Assembly: GCF_016432865.1 (NCBI RefSeq)
Contig: NC_067402.1
Span: forward strand, 90,706,001 to 90,770,000
DNA from: Antechinus flavipes
Lineage: Eukaryota
Reading direction: 5' to 3'
Length of the DNA: 64,000 nucleotides
The position numbers and the translations under genes were made by a program. This document shows, one piece after another, positions 42,879 to 60,772 of this stretch. The notes beneath the pieces were generated by a model that was not told the origin of the DNA, searched no databases, and was given only the letters and a program-made list of their open reading frames with translations. The stretch's first letter is position 1, and every line of letters starts with the position of its first letter.

Positions 42879-43021
42879 NNNNNNNNNNNNNNNNNNNNNN
42901 NNNNNNNNNNNNNNNNNNNNNNNNNNNNNNNNNNNNNNNNNNNNNNNNNNNNNNNNNNNNNNNNNNNNNNNNNNNNNNNNNNNNNNNNNNNNNNNNNNNN
43001 NNNNNNNNNNNNNNNNNNNNN
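42879..43021. other. Assembly gap
   Basis: Run of N. Confidence 0.99.
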
Positions 43022-43210
43022 TCAGTATACTTATGTAATATTTAGAGGGTTTTCCACAACTGTTGTTTTTCTCCTCAGGTGTACCCCCCCCATTTGTATT
43101 CTTTCTATGTACCTTCCAAAAGTACACAAAGATGAACTCTTCTATCACACTTACAATATTAAATTTCTAAGACTGTCATTCCTCAAACACTCCAGTTATT
43201 AAAGATTAAA

Positions 43211-43212
<2 letters not shown>

Positions 43213-43240
<28 letters not shown>
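43213..43240. repeat. (AC)14 microsatellite
   Basis: Perfect run. Confidence 0.95.
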
Positions 43241-43243
<3 letters not shown>

Positions 43244-44769
43244 TCATTGTTTTTTTTTTAGTGTTAATTTTTCTAGTCTATTATGAACATTGTTTTCAGA
43301 TAAAAAAACTTTCATTACCTCCCTATACCTATAAAATCTTCAATATGACCCTCAAGGATTTCCATAATCTGGTCCCAATTTTCTTTATCAATCAATAAAT
43401 AAGGCCGACTTTATTTTCTAGGTTTATCTCTTATTCATCTTTGTCATATGCTCCCCTCTTTTTATTATTTGTCATCTGTTTTATTGTTATCTTGTATTTT
43501 ATTTCATTTTTGTGTGTCTTGTGCCCTAACTAGATGATAAATTCCTGGAAGGGCTGTATAAATATTGTATTTCTTTCTATCTGACAAATAGAAATTATCT
43601 TGAATATAGTTTAGTATCTTATATATAGTAGACATTCAATGGATGCTCGTTAATTGTAGGACTAAATTGTGGAGATGATTTTGAAATGTTGAATAGTCTC
43701 GGACTATAGGGCTAAGAATTCTTGGAGAATAATGGGTTTTCTTTTAGATAGAGGTTGAAAGGAGGTAGATTTGGCAAATAGGAAAAGAGAGTACCTTTAG
43801 ATTTAGAATTTGCATTTGACTTCTAGGGACACTGATAACTTTGGGAATGCTTCAGGAACAGAGTATATCAAGAGGTTAAAAAACATTAAAAAAAAAAAAA
43901 AAGCCAGAGAGAGAGAAAAAAATCAGGGAGATGAAACTTATCGCAATTTAGCTTTCTTCCTTATCTCTGAGGGATCAGGTTAGAAAGACTTCTCAGTTTT
44001 CCTGTAGTCCCAAACTGAGTCAAGTGGTCTGACGAAAACTAAGAAATCTTCTAAGACTCTCTCTTCCCTTTCCTCCCTTTCACTCCCCATCCCAGAGTAG
44101 GGACTTTTCCCTTTCTCCCAAAGTTCTCTACTCTGCCTCAGGGCCTCTGACCCAACACTTCAACTTGCATTCAATTCTTATACTCACTGGGCTGCCAACT
44201 AATCCCAGCAAAGGTGTTAAATGGTAATTAAAGTGTTAGCTGATAATGGGTTTAAGGTGTGACTCCTCTTGAAGTTATTTGAATTTTAAAAGAATCTTTA
44301 AAGACCAAAAAAACTCTCCAGACTCCAAGAAATTAAGCAATAATTATGGAATCACCGCTATTGAGAGTCAGAATTGTCCGGGCTTTCTAAATACCATTAA
44401 GAGGTTGGACGACTCTCTTTTCTCTGAGGTCATTCATCCCTTATCTTCGATCACAGCTTATTCAAGTCTATGTGGGATGAATGAGTAACTTCGATTCGTA
44501 CAGGAAACATGGCTTAGTGGAAAAAACATTGTATTTGGATTTTGATGATGTTCAAAATGTACATCTGGAAAACCTAGATCCTTCTAAGTGTTAGTTTCCT
44601 GATCTTTAATATAAGGGCCCTTCTAGGTCTCTAATTCTGAGACCTTCAATTCTTTTAAAAGCAGTTATCTCATTCAATGAAAGAAGCCAGTTTGAGGGCC
44701 TCGGGGATAGTCTGGGGGTAGTAAGAACTAATTATGTGCCCCGTTCGGTGCTAAATTTTAGGGATACAG

Positions 44770-44965
44770 AGATAGCTCCTCATGATAATTGTGGAAATAT
44801 ATATAGAAGAATTGCACATGTTTAACATATATTGGATTACTTGCCACCTAGGAGAGAGGACGGGGGAAGGAAGGGAAAAATCTGGATACAAGATTTTGCA
44901 AGGTGAATGTTGATAATTATTTATGCATATATTTTGAAAATAAAAAAGCTTTAGTAAAAAAACAA
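44770..44965 (+). mobile_element. Older LINE-1 3'-UTR fragment
   Basis: gaattgcacatgtttaacatatattggattacttgcc...gggaaggaagggaaaaa...ttttgcaagg...aataaaaaa resembles the L1 3' UTR at 40700-40870. Confidence 0.6.
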
Positions 44966-45389
44966 AGATATGGACTTTCGGGAAGCTCATAATCTAATGA
45001 AGAAGACAACATGCAAACAATTATGTACAAACAAGTTATATGTGCATGTGTGTAATTCTTTTGACCATAGACGTGATTTATCACCTGCCTGAAAATAGAA
45101 ATAATCACCACAGAGGAGGCGCTAAAATTGGCAAGGACTGGGAAAGCCTTCTTGTGGAAGGTGAGATTCAGAAACGATAAGGAAGTCAATGAAAATATCA
45201 GGTCAGAAGAACGACAAGAAGGTTGACGTCATTGAATCAAAGATTTAGAGAGATGTCAGCTTGATCGTTTAATTTGGTATCAGAGGCATCCAAACCTGTT
45301 GTTTGTTCCCTTTGTGACGCTGACAAAGTCCCTTTATTTCTCTGCTCCTCAGTTTCCTCATCCGGGAAACGAAGATATTAGACTAAGTT

Positions 45390-45660
45390 ATATAGATACA
45401 GTGTATGTTTTTGTGTATAATTTAGGGGTGTAGTAGGTGTGTACGTGTGTATACTATGTATCTGTATACAGTTTTTTGTGTGTGAATACAGTATATGTGT
45501 GTAATATACTATATGTGTACGCCGCTGATGCATGTATATGTGTGTGTGTACAGTGTGTCTCTATACTTGTGTGTGTACAGTAAATGTGTGTGTGTTATAT
45601 ATTATATAAATATTGTATATTATGTATTATATATCTATATATATACACGTGTGTGTGCAT
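45390..45660. repeat. Degenerate (TG/TA)n low-complexity tract bordering the orphan CpG island
   Basis: Alternating purine-pyrimidine runs tgtgta and tatata. Confidence 0.75.
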
Positions 45661-45689
45661 ATTTCCCTCCAGTCGGAGAGCCTGTGACT

Positions 45690-46640
45690 TATTTCCCATT
45701 CCTTGGCGGACCCTGCCCTGCCCACCCTCTTCCTGGCTTTTCCGTTCTTGCCTCCTTGGTTCCCGAAACTGCGGCAGGGATGGGGAGGGGATGAGGCCGG
45801 GGATGACTGGGCCCCAGCGGAGCCCTGGGTCTCGGCCCCCCGGGGGGGGGGGCGGGAGGGGACGAGGACTCGGAGCCTTCTGTGTGAGCTGGAAGTGCCC
45901 CACCCTCCCGTCTATGAGCGGCTTCCTTCCTGCCGCCGCGGCGCGGGCGGGCGGGGCGGCCAGCTGAGGGGAAAGGAGGGAAGGGAAGTAGGGAACTGCG
46001 GGGTGGGGAAGGGGGAGGAGGAGGCGGCCTTCCTCTGGCGGGAGGGACCCTTGGTCCGAGCCGGTCCGCCTTCTTCCCTTGGTGAGGGGGATGGAGTGGT
46101 GTTAAACTCCCAGAGAGTGTGGGGGAGTGTGGGGGGGATGTGTACGGGAAAGGTGCAGCCGGAGAGGAGGAGGACCATGAGCCTCGCTGACCAGAAAAGG
46201 GCCCGAGTTCTGGGAGAGCCCGGGAAAAGCCCGGACTAGCTCAGGCCCTTCTCGGGAAATCCACAAGGGGGCAGTAGAAGGCTAGAGAGTTTTCTCCCCA
46301 AACTGGAGACGATGACGTCGTGGGGGACCCAGCCAAGCCCGGGGGGCGCAACCACGTGCCTTTGGGGAGCCTGGCAGTGGCCCTTTTGCTAGAGAGCGAA
46401 CCTGCTGGCCCAGCTGGGGGCCTCAGCGACTCTCTGACAGGTGATGCTGCTTCTGAGAAACTTTCCGGTCCCAGACCCCGGGGCTGGAGCCAGCAGGAAG
46501 AGGGGAAGCTGAGGCTAGGGGCTTCAGCGGGGTCCCCGGAAGTGCCTGAGGTAGCGTCTGGACAGGGGACTTCCAGTCCGCCACTTCACCGTGGCTCAGA
46601 GCCAGAGCATACGTAGCAGGGACCGCGCTCACGCAGGGGC
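45690..46640. promoter_or_regulatory. Orphan CpG island, promoter- or enhancer-like, between NOS3 and KCNH2
   Basis: CpG-rich block in AT-rich, repeat-rich flanks. GC boxes near 45945-45960, CRE-like TGACGTCG 46313-46320, E-box CACGTG 46353-46358, ETS CCGGAAGTG 46536-46544. Confidence 0.55.
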
Positions 46641-46980
46641 TAGGCTCTGGAGCCAAATTGCTTTTTAGTCTGTGGAACTGCTTCTCCCCCCTCTGGGCCG
46701 TCTCCTCCTTTCCCCACCAGGTTATAGGGTATGAAAGTTTAGGACCAGATGGTCACTCTGCGGACCCCTATGAATATTAATTGAGGTTATTAACCTTTGA
46801 GGACTCCAAGCCTTTGGGCCAAAAGGGGTGGTACCACAGAGCTTTGGGGTCCCCCAATGACTTATTTAGACATGAGCAGACCACTATTGATTCCTTTGGC
46901 TAATTGCCCTAAAAGTCAGATCCTACTTTTCCTCTGAATTGTGGATTTTTCTTTCCAGATGGAAAGAAATACATCTCCAT

Positions 46981-46982
<2 letters not shown>

Positions 46983-47020
<38 letters not shown>
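46983..47020. repeat. (GT)19 microsatellite
   Basis: Perfect run 40 bp left of the OC1-like MITE. Confidence 0.95.
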
Positions 47021-47022
<2 letters not shown>

Positions 47023-47060
47023 TGGCCTTTGTTAATCCTTTTGCTGGAGGGTTTCCATTG

Positions 47061-47252
47061 CAGGGGTCCTCAAACTACGGCCCATGGGCCAGATGCAGCA
47101 GCTGAAGATGATTATCCCCCTCACCCAGGGCTATGAAGTTTCTTTATTTAAAGGCCCACAAAACAAAGGTTTCGTTTTTACTATAGTCCGTCCCTCCAAC
47201 AGTCTGAGGGTCAGTGAACCGGCCCCCTATTTAAAAAGTTTGAGGACCCCTG
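47061..47252 (-). mobile_element. Second OC1-like hAT MITE, opposite orientation
   Basis: 192 bp with the same 16-bp TIRs. Its reverse complement aligns end to end with 30202-30392 at roughly 90% by eye. No TSD is recognisable. Confidence 0.85.
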
Positions 47253-50200
47253 TTAGAGCTGGAGCCCCTTGTGTTGGATGTAGGAATGTTGTAACACCTT
47301 CACAGGGAAACGAAGTATTGTATAAACCCTGGATCCTAAAAGGAAAAAGAGACATTTCCTAAGAGCAGGTTATGTAGTATGAAAGTTTTCATGTGGCAGG
47401 TCAAATCACGTTCTAGGTATCCTACCAAGTGCCTCTCTAATGATAGGTCAGTTGTGCAGCAGAGTGAGAATAACATTAATTATGGAATCTTAGGACTTGG
47501 AGCTGAATTCCCCTTACTGACTACCTGTGTGACTAATAGGCAAATCCTTTCCCTTTAGTTTCCTCATCTATAAAAGAGAGAGGTTAAGATGAGACGATCT
47601 CTAGGGTGCCTTCCAACTGTCCATACTGTGATCTCCCCACCTGAATATTTTGCTGCAGGTGTTTCTAAGACTTTGAGGTTAGAGAAAACCCCTTCCTACC
47701 TTACCTGTCCACACCCTGTCATGGCCCTTCCCACTTCCCACCCTCCTCCATTCCCTCCCTCAAGTTGGCCCAGTTTCCTGGTGTGGTTGCCGTGGTGCTG
47801 GGGCCTCTGGGAAGCATTGAGTGTGGCTGGGCAGGGAAGCTCCTTAGCAACCATCACTGGGCAATTAGCCAGGGAACAGCCCCTTTCCCACTTCCCAGGG
47901 GCTTCCATTGGAGGAGAGTGGGTGGGTCAGGTTAGGGCATTGTGAAACAACCTTCCCTGTTTCTGAGCAAGAAGACATGGAATGCAGGCTTTAGCCTCTA
48001 AAGTGTCTCCCCATACTTGTATTGTATTTTTGCCTTTTCATGATGTATTTCTTCACCTAGACTATAAGCCCCTTGAGGGCAGGAACCATGTCTATATTCC
48101 TGTTTTCCCAGCACTTCGCACAGTGCCACAAACACAGCAGGGGCTCAGTAAATGTGTGAACTTAACAGTGATGTCCTAGGCTTTCCCAGTTGCCCTCCTA
48201 GACTTCTGCCTGGGTCTTCTATGACTCCGGGCCAACACCAGTCTCTGCAGGAACTAAGTCTGCAAAAGTCCTATTCTCTAGAGTCGGAAGAGGCCTTAGA
48301 GACCATTCTTTTAACACAGTCATTTTACAAACCTGTGGCCTAAGGAGGTTAAATGGTTTGCTCAAAACCTCTCAACAGCAGAAACAGGATTCAGACTTGG
48401 CTCCCAGACTTGGACTATAAATCCGGGGCACAGGTTTTATGGGCTTTATGATGCTGTGGTGCTCAAAGGCAGAAGGGAGTGTGGGCAGCGCTCTGTGCAG
48501 GGCAGGAAAGGCTCCTCTTGAATCAGTCCTGTGATGCAAGGAGCAGCTAAAGCTCCACGCTTTCCTCCAGGGCATTTAAGGATGCTAGAGACTCAGAAGA
48601 GAGCTGGTGAATGATGGCTCCTGCGGAAAGCAGGCTATGCTTTGTTATGACAAAAAGAGAATTTGGGAGGGGCAGGGTTGTGTGTGCAGAAGAGAGATTA
48701 GGTTAAGCCTGGGAGGCAGTGGTGCTGGCGGGGAGGGAGATTGGGTCTCCTTCCTTTGGCTCATCATTTTGATGGATAGTTGGTGTCCATGGAGGTCTGT
48801 GTCCTCTTCATGCAGACTCCATACACAGCATATTATAGAATTGGGGAAATCAGTGACGATGAGAATTGTGGTCAGATCCAGTCGGGTGCTGTCTGAATTG
48901 TACAAGCTTATTTCCCTATCTCTACAGACCAGTGTTTGGGTTGGGGGTGGGGTAGAGAATGGAGCAGGTATTACAGGAGTCCTGGTTTAGGGATACAGAA
49001 CATATGTGCTGTTGGTATTGGAGTCCCTATATGGCATAATGGATAGAATAAGGAAGAACAGAATTCAAATCATACCTTAGACACTTACTACCTGTGTCAC
49101 TTAACTTCTGTCTGCTTCCATTTCTTCATGTGCAAAATAGGGATAATCATGTACACCCAGTTCATAAAGTTAGAGGGCATGTTGAAAACTCTAAGGAGTC
49201 AAATAAATGTTGGTTTTTTTTGTCATTAATATATCAGTTGTATTATTATCATTCTATAATTTCCACCAGCTCCCATATAAGAAGGCTCATTGCTGGGCTT
49301 CGGTCCTGAGAAGAAGCCTTTGCATACTTATTCTTCGGGGCTCTGCTCAAGCCTCTTCTCCTCCTCTCTAATTTAGACACTGGAATAGTGAATAAAGAGC
49401 TAGAACTTGGAGTTAGGAAGACTTAGGGTGGCTTCCTGATTCAAGCTAGCTATGAAGTTCTATGAAAATCACTAAACCTTAGTTTCCTCTTAGGTAAATT
49501 GGGTTGGACTGGGTGGCTTTTTAGATCTCTTCCATAAAATCTATGATTTTATGATCTCAGAGCACTTAAGTTTTAAAGTGATTTCTATTTCCTTTGATTT
49601 CATGGCATTTTGAATCTTCTACTCATTTTGACACTTGAGTCATCTACAGTCTTGTGACAGCTTTTATGTGGTTGATAGAGAAGGGAGCAGTGGTCCCCCA
49701 CTGATTTTGAAGTTAGAGGTCACAGTAGAAAGGAAAACTGGACTAAATGACTTTGAAGTCCTTCTCAACTATAACATTCTAGGACTTCGTCATAGATTTG
49801 AATATCAATGCTGGCATTTACTAGGTTTGTGCATTTCAGATTCCTCATTGGTAAAATGGGGTTGAGGATTGGACTAAAATAGCCTCGGAGTACCCTTCCA
49901 ATTCTAAATCTAGGATCCAGTGATTTTTCTGAGTTTCCTTACCTATTTCTATTTCTAATATCTATTTCTATTATTATCTAATTTATTATTTAGTATTTAT
50001 TAAAACATTATATTTCCAAATTCCCCCTCATAGTTGTTGAGTGTGTAATTGTGAGTTCCTTAAGGAAACTGTACCCTATACTTCTTTGTGATTCCACATC
50101 ATGCACAGTACTTTATTTGATAGATCTGTTGGTTACTTAATGAATTTATGGAGGCAGCAATAGGATCACTGGTGATGGAGAATCCAATATGTCACTGAGT

Positions 50201-51311
50201 CATGGAGCATATGATCATTTTTGTGTTCTTGTCCTTGTCATTGTAAGTCATAGCTAAAGTTTCATCTTTAAGTCTCAGCCTTCAAGCAGGAACAATGGCT
50301 GGAGTAACTATAAATTTTTGAGGACTAATAGCCAGGTTGGACCCCTAGCATCTAATCTTCAAACTCCCTGTGCATTTGGGTCCTGTGTTTCTGGTTCTAC
50401 TGAACTCTAACTCTCTTTTCATTTTGTTCAGTGTATGTTCAAACCTTGGGTCCCTGATTTGTTGTAATCAATAGAACATTGCCTGGAAATCAGAAATGCA
50501 CATACATATATCTATGTAATTTTGTTCATTTTTAAAAGCACCTGCTATTAGAGCTACCTCCCTTTTTTTTTTTTTTTTTTTGCCTCAATCTCAATGAATC
50601 ATTTACCCAGGTCCAGAAAGCAGAATTTCCCTTCAAAGTTGGGCCTTGTGTGGTTTTCCTAATTTAATCTATACTAGTGAAGACTCTGACTCTTCTGGCT
50701 TGGGACACCTTCCCTTTGCTTCTTGCCCAACTGGGCATAAAGGGGGTGTTCAGAACCTTGGACAGAGGTAGCAAACTGGAGCAAATCTGGAATCTTCAGC
50801 CTTGGCACACCTTCCTGCCCTTTCTGACCTTGCCTTGCCCTACTTCCTTTATGATTAGTTAATTTTCCTGGTTTAATCCTTTATGGATTTGGACCCTCAT
50901 TATATATATATCCCTTCTTCTGAAGCCTCCAAAGAGGCCAATTCCAGTCTCTAAATCAGATGAAAAAGGATTTCAAGGTTTAAGGGAACAAATGAAGAAG
51001 GTTTCACAATTTCTTCCCAAGCCTCACTGGCTTGATAATTGGGACCTTGCTCTGAGTAGAGGAGGAGATTATTATTGCCACTCTGCCTTAGTTCAAGCTG
51101 TTTTTATACCACCAATGATTTCCTTCCTCCTCTTTGCAAATTGTACTTATCTTTAATGGTCCATTTCTTCCATAAAGACTTCCTTAACTTCTCTAGTCTT
51201 AATGAGGCAGTCTCTCTTTCCATTCTTTGAATTCTCACTATATTTCTAATCAGAGTTACCACATAGCTTATGATTTAGTTATCCTGTAACTGTTCCATAT
51301 ATATTCAGCTT

Positions 51312-51345
51312 TGTTTATTTATCTATCCCTCTATCCATCTATCCA

Positions 51346-51381
<36 letters not shown>

Positions 51382-51387
51382 TCTATC
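51312..51387. repeat. Compound (TCCA/TCTG/TCTA)n tetranucleotide microsatellite
   Basis: Tandem ATCT, GTCT and CCAT units. Confidence 0.9.
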
Positions 51388-53199
51388 ATCTCTCAGTTTA
51401 GACTGTAAGCTCCCAAATGTTAAGAAACTATGTTCCCTTCTCTCCCTTTTTCTATATCCCCTACAGAACTTACTATATCCCTACAGAACAGCCCACATCA
51501 GGGACTCAGTAAATATTTATCGATTGTCTCATTTTGAAGCCTTTTAAAATTTATTTCCAAAGGTCAGAGAAGTCCCTCATTCTTAGTTTCAAAAAAACTA
51601 GGTTAGGCAGAACAGTAATAATTCTCATTTACATAGCCTTATATTTTACTCACAACCTGTGAAAATGTATTATGATCCCTACCATCCAAATGAAGAAATT
51701 GATTCAAAGAAATGAAGAGCTTTGCCCTTCTGCCTCCAAGTTCACTATTCTTTCTATATTGTTATAGGGGGACAGGATAGGTTAAAAACAAGACAAAGCA
51801 GGTGAAACAGAACTGGAGTGCTCTTTTTCTTGACCATTATCCAGGGATTCATCCTTATTTTAGCAAAAGAGCTTTTGGTCATGGGAAAAAACAAAAACTT
51901 GCATAAATAAACTTTTCTTATGGAAGGACCTTTTTGAACGGGTGATTAACATAGTGGGATCTGTTTTAGGAATATCAATTTGGCAGCTCTGTGTGGGAGA
52001 AGGATTAGAGTTGGAACAGATCAGAATCAGGGAGATGAATCAGGCAGCTATTGTAATAGTTCTGGAAAGAGGTGATGATGGTATGAACCAGGTGGTTTGT
52101 GATGTAAGTAGAGACAAAGGAATCAATGACCATTCCTCTTTGTGGTTGAGGTGGAATAAGGGCACAGGCCATGGGAATTGAGCAGATTGATGAATTAAGA
52201 AGCTAGGCTATCTGTATGAAGTGAAGCAATTCACTTAACCTTTCTAGGCTTCAGTTTCTGTAAAATGAGGGGTTTAGATTAGATGAACTATAATCCCTTA
52301 GCATATGGTCCTATGACCAAGTGAGGGAAATCTCCCTAGCAGTGATAAAGGTGAGCCTAGTGGGACTGGGTCGAGGGTTTGATTCGGGAATAAGGAATAT
52401 GTAAGGTAGCAGCATGCATATAATTAACTGAAGAAAGGCAATAAGCAAAATGAGTCCTTGGCCTCCATATGAAGGAGGATTGGCATCTAGAGAACTCAAA
52501 CTGTTAGAACTCAAGCAGTTTCTATCACCTTCCTACCCCCATCTTAATTTTTTTTTCAAGATCCACTGTACAGAATAATCCTTCAGACACAGATTCATGC
52601 CCTTTTCTAATTTGAGGGTATTTGAGATAGAGATTTTTCGAAATCTCTTTTTCCCTTATGGTTTTTGAGTTTTCCTGCAAACTGTTTCTCCTTGTCCCAC
52701 CTGTCTATGTGCTTGTTCTTCCCCTCTGACTATAATTGTCTCTAGGGATCCTCTTTGACTGTAACTTGTTTTCATTCTCTTTAGGGGGCCTTCACTTTAA
52801 TTGCTTCTTCTCTTCTTGTTCCCGCAAGAACAGGGAAAGGGAAAGGCTTCTCAGTCTTTTTCCCCTTCTCCCCATCACTTCCCAGGATAGTCAAGATTGA
52901 GGTGAGGACAGTGTCAGGAGTGGCTTCTTTCTAAATCTCTAGATTTTTTATTTTTGGTGAGTGGGAGGTAGTTCTTGCCATAATCATGATAAGGTATAGG
53001 GCTTCACTGCCCATCTACCTCTTTTGGAGGCAACTGGAGAAGGGACATCTCCTTCCTTTTAAAATTTATTCCATGATAGGCTCTTGAGACTAGGGAAGGG
53101 AGAGTGTGTGTTGAGGTTCAAATATCTCTTTCTTGTTATAGCCTTTTCAGTTTTTAGAATTAAGCTTTGGTCAATATATTTTTCCTTTTTTATACCTGT

Positions 53200-53428
53200 G
53201 AAACTAGATGGCACAGTGGATAGAGTGCTGTTCCTGGAATCAGGGAGGCTTCTCTTCCTGAATTCAGGTGCCTCTGACACTTTACTAGCTGTGATCTGGG
53301 ACAAGTTAATTTATCCTGTTTGCCTCAGTTTTCCCAAATGTAAAATGAGCTGGAGAAGAAAATGGCAAACCACTTCAGTATCACTGCCAAGAAAATGGGC
53401 AGAGTCAGAATTGACTGAAAAATAACAA
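53200..53428 (+). mobile_element. MAR1-type CORE-SINE
   Basis: tRNA-like head, CORE (gcctcagttttcccaaatgtaaaatg) and RTE-like tail (ggagaagaaaatggcaaaccacttcagtatc...gactgaaaaataacaac). Confidence 0.7.
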
Positions 53429-55689
53429 CCTGAGACCAGGGAAGATGGGAAGTTGGTAGAGGAATGGGAGGGGAAAAGTGTCTCAATAAAAACCATCTGT
53501 TTCCTTTTATCCTCTGGTGTCAGTTAGATTGTTCTAGGGAAGGTGTCTCTTGGGAAGAGCTGGTATTATTCTAGGGCCTTAGGCCATGTCTGCGGGGGAG
53601 GCCAACTGGAAAGGCTCTCAGGCTCTTTTAAGTAAAAGTGTGTGGCACTATGGTGGAAGTTTTTTCTCTGCCTCTGTTTCCATCTGTCTTTGTCCTTCCT
53701 CTCCTCCTCTCCTCATCCCCATCTCCTTAGATTCTAAGTCAAGGGGTCTTTTTTTTAAAACTTGGTTTGGGGGGCAGGGAGCTCTGTGACTCTCAGTTTT
53801 CTTTGTTCAGTATATTTCTAAGGGATCTAGAATCCCTTAGACTAGAGCAAGATTTCTCTACCTCACTTTTCTGGGGGAAAGAGATGGGGGAGAGCTCCTG
53901 CTTTCAATATTGCCAGGCTAGGGACAGGGAATCTCATGTAAATTAGTTTCTATCTTGCCCTTAGTGCCTGGTTCTTCTCTCTCCTCAGGTCCCTTAGGAA
54001 CTAGTCAAGGCTCAAAAATCTTTGTCTCTTGCTCGAGGCAGCATTTTTCTCTTTCCATTACCACTCTCAAGTGCAAGGGGGAGTGGTTTCTCTTCAATTT
54101 CTCCACAGGCTTGGATGGAGGGGGATTTCAATAAACTGAATAGTCTTGGCTCAGCAATCTATCCTTTCCCTGATCACTCTGAGTTTGGCTTCAGGATTCA
54201 GGCTGGCCCTAATCGGATGTGGGGAATAGGATATGTTGGATATATTTTCTGTCTCTTTTCCCTTCATATGGGTGAAATAAGGTTTAAAAAAGTCATCAGA
54301 AGTAGCCTAGGAAAAAACAGGAAATCACAAAAGGGCAAAAAGGCAACCTGAAATGGGAGGATTTGTTGAGGGTAGGAGGTGCAATCCCACTGCATTTGCA
54401 TTGATTCTGATTTTCAGTGCAGTGAACACAACAGTTTGGATGTTTTATTTATTTAGCTTTTTAAAAGCACTAATTGACTAGATCTTCCTCTTTCCTCTTT
54501 GTTTCAGTCTTCCTAAACCACTAGTCATCCAGTTCCAAAGGGTGATTTGGAAAAAGGGGACTCATGATTACTTTTTTCTAGGCTTTTCTCCTTCATGCTT
54601 CCTTTCTCTCTCCTCCCCCTTTCTTCTCAATGCAGTCCTGCCTGGTGACTAGATGGGAATTCCGGGATCTGGGGCTCCCTTTGTCCTTTGGCCCTCTCTC
54701 TTTTCAAGGCTGGAGGCAGCTGCAAGACTTCAGGGTCCCCCACGTGGCCCCATCCATCCCAGACAGGTTGGTATCTCAGTTCTAGGGGAGGGGGCCTGGA
54801 TGTCCTCAGCTGCTGGCTCCTCCTCCCCTCCCCCAGAGCTCCCCTCAGCTGTCAACACTTCAGTCTTACCATTCTCTGGCCCTCCATCAGGGCCCCCTGC
54901 TCTAGCCAGTGTAGTAGCCAGCATACCTTCCCATTATGACAGCCCCCCACTCAGACCACAGGCTAAGCATGCAGACATTCTGCCCTTCAGCATCCTCCCT
55001 GCCTCCTTGCCTAAATAAGGGAGCTGCAGCTGGAGGGAACCAGCTGGCTGGCTTAGGAGGAGGGGCTTAAGGGGAAGAGAGGAAGATGGGGTTCTCCCTC
55101 TGGGTTGGGCCAGTACTGGGGCTCTGAGGCACGGGCTATTGGTGAAGATGTAGAAGTAAGGTTCCATCGACTGCTACTTCCAGGAAGGAGTCGGGGCCGG
55201 GCAGATGTGTTCCTCCCCCAAAAAAGAACGCCATTCTTTAAACCAGTTCCATTCTCCCCTTTTCTATTATTTCCCTAGGCTGCAACCTCGGTCAGTTGGA
55301 CTCTGTCCCTCCCCCCATTGCCTGCTCTGCGTCTAGTAGGCCTTCGATGACCAGCAGTCTCAGGGAACTCCGTCTGTACCTCTTGGGCTTGGAATGGAGG
55401 GGAAGGGCCTGGCATCTATTCCTCCAGTCCCCTCTTTTTGAGACCCTAACCCTCAAACCCTGCTCTCGTTCATTATCCTTTGGTTTTTTTTGCCTTCTTC
55501 AAGACACTGACATTTCCGGACATTTTGGTGCCAATTTCACCTCCACGAGTTCTCGAACGACCCTGGCTCCTTCCATTCGCTGGATTCTCTCCCTAACCGT
55601 CTCCTCCGGCCCTTCAAATCATTCAGTATTATTTATTCCGTCCCTACTGTGTGTTCAGCACCATAAAGAAAGAAAGTACAGACCCGCTT

Positions 55690-60772
<5,083 letters not shown>

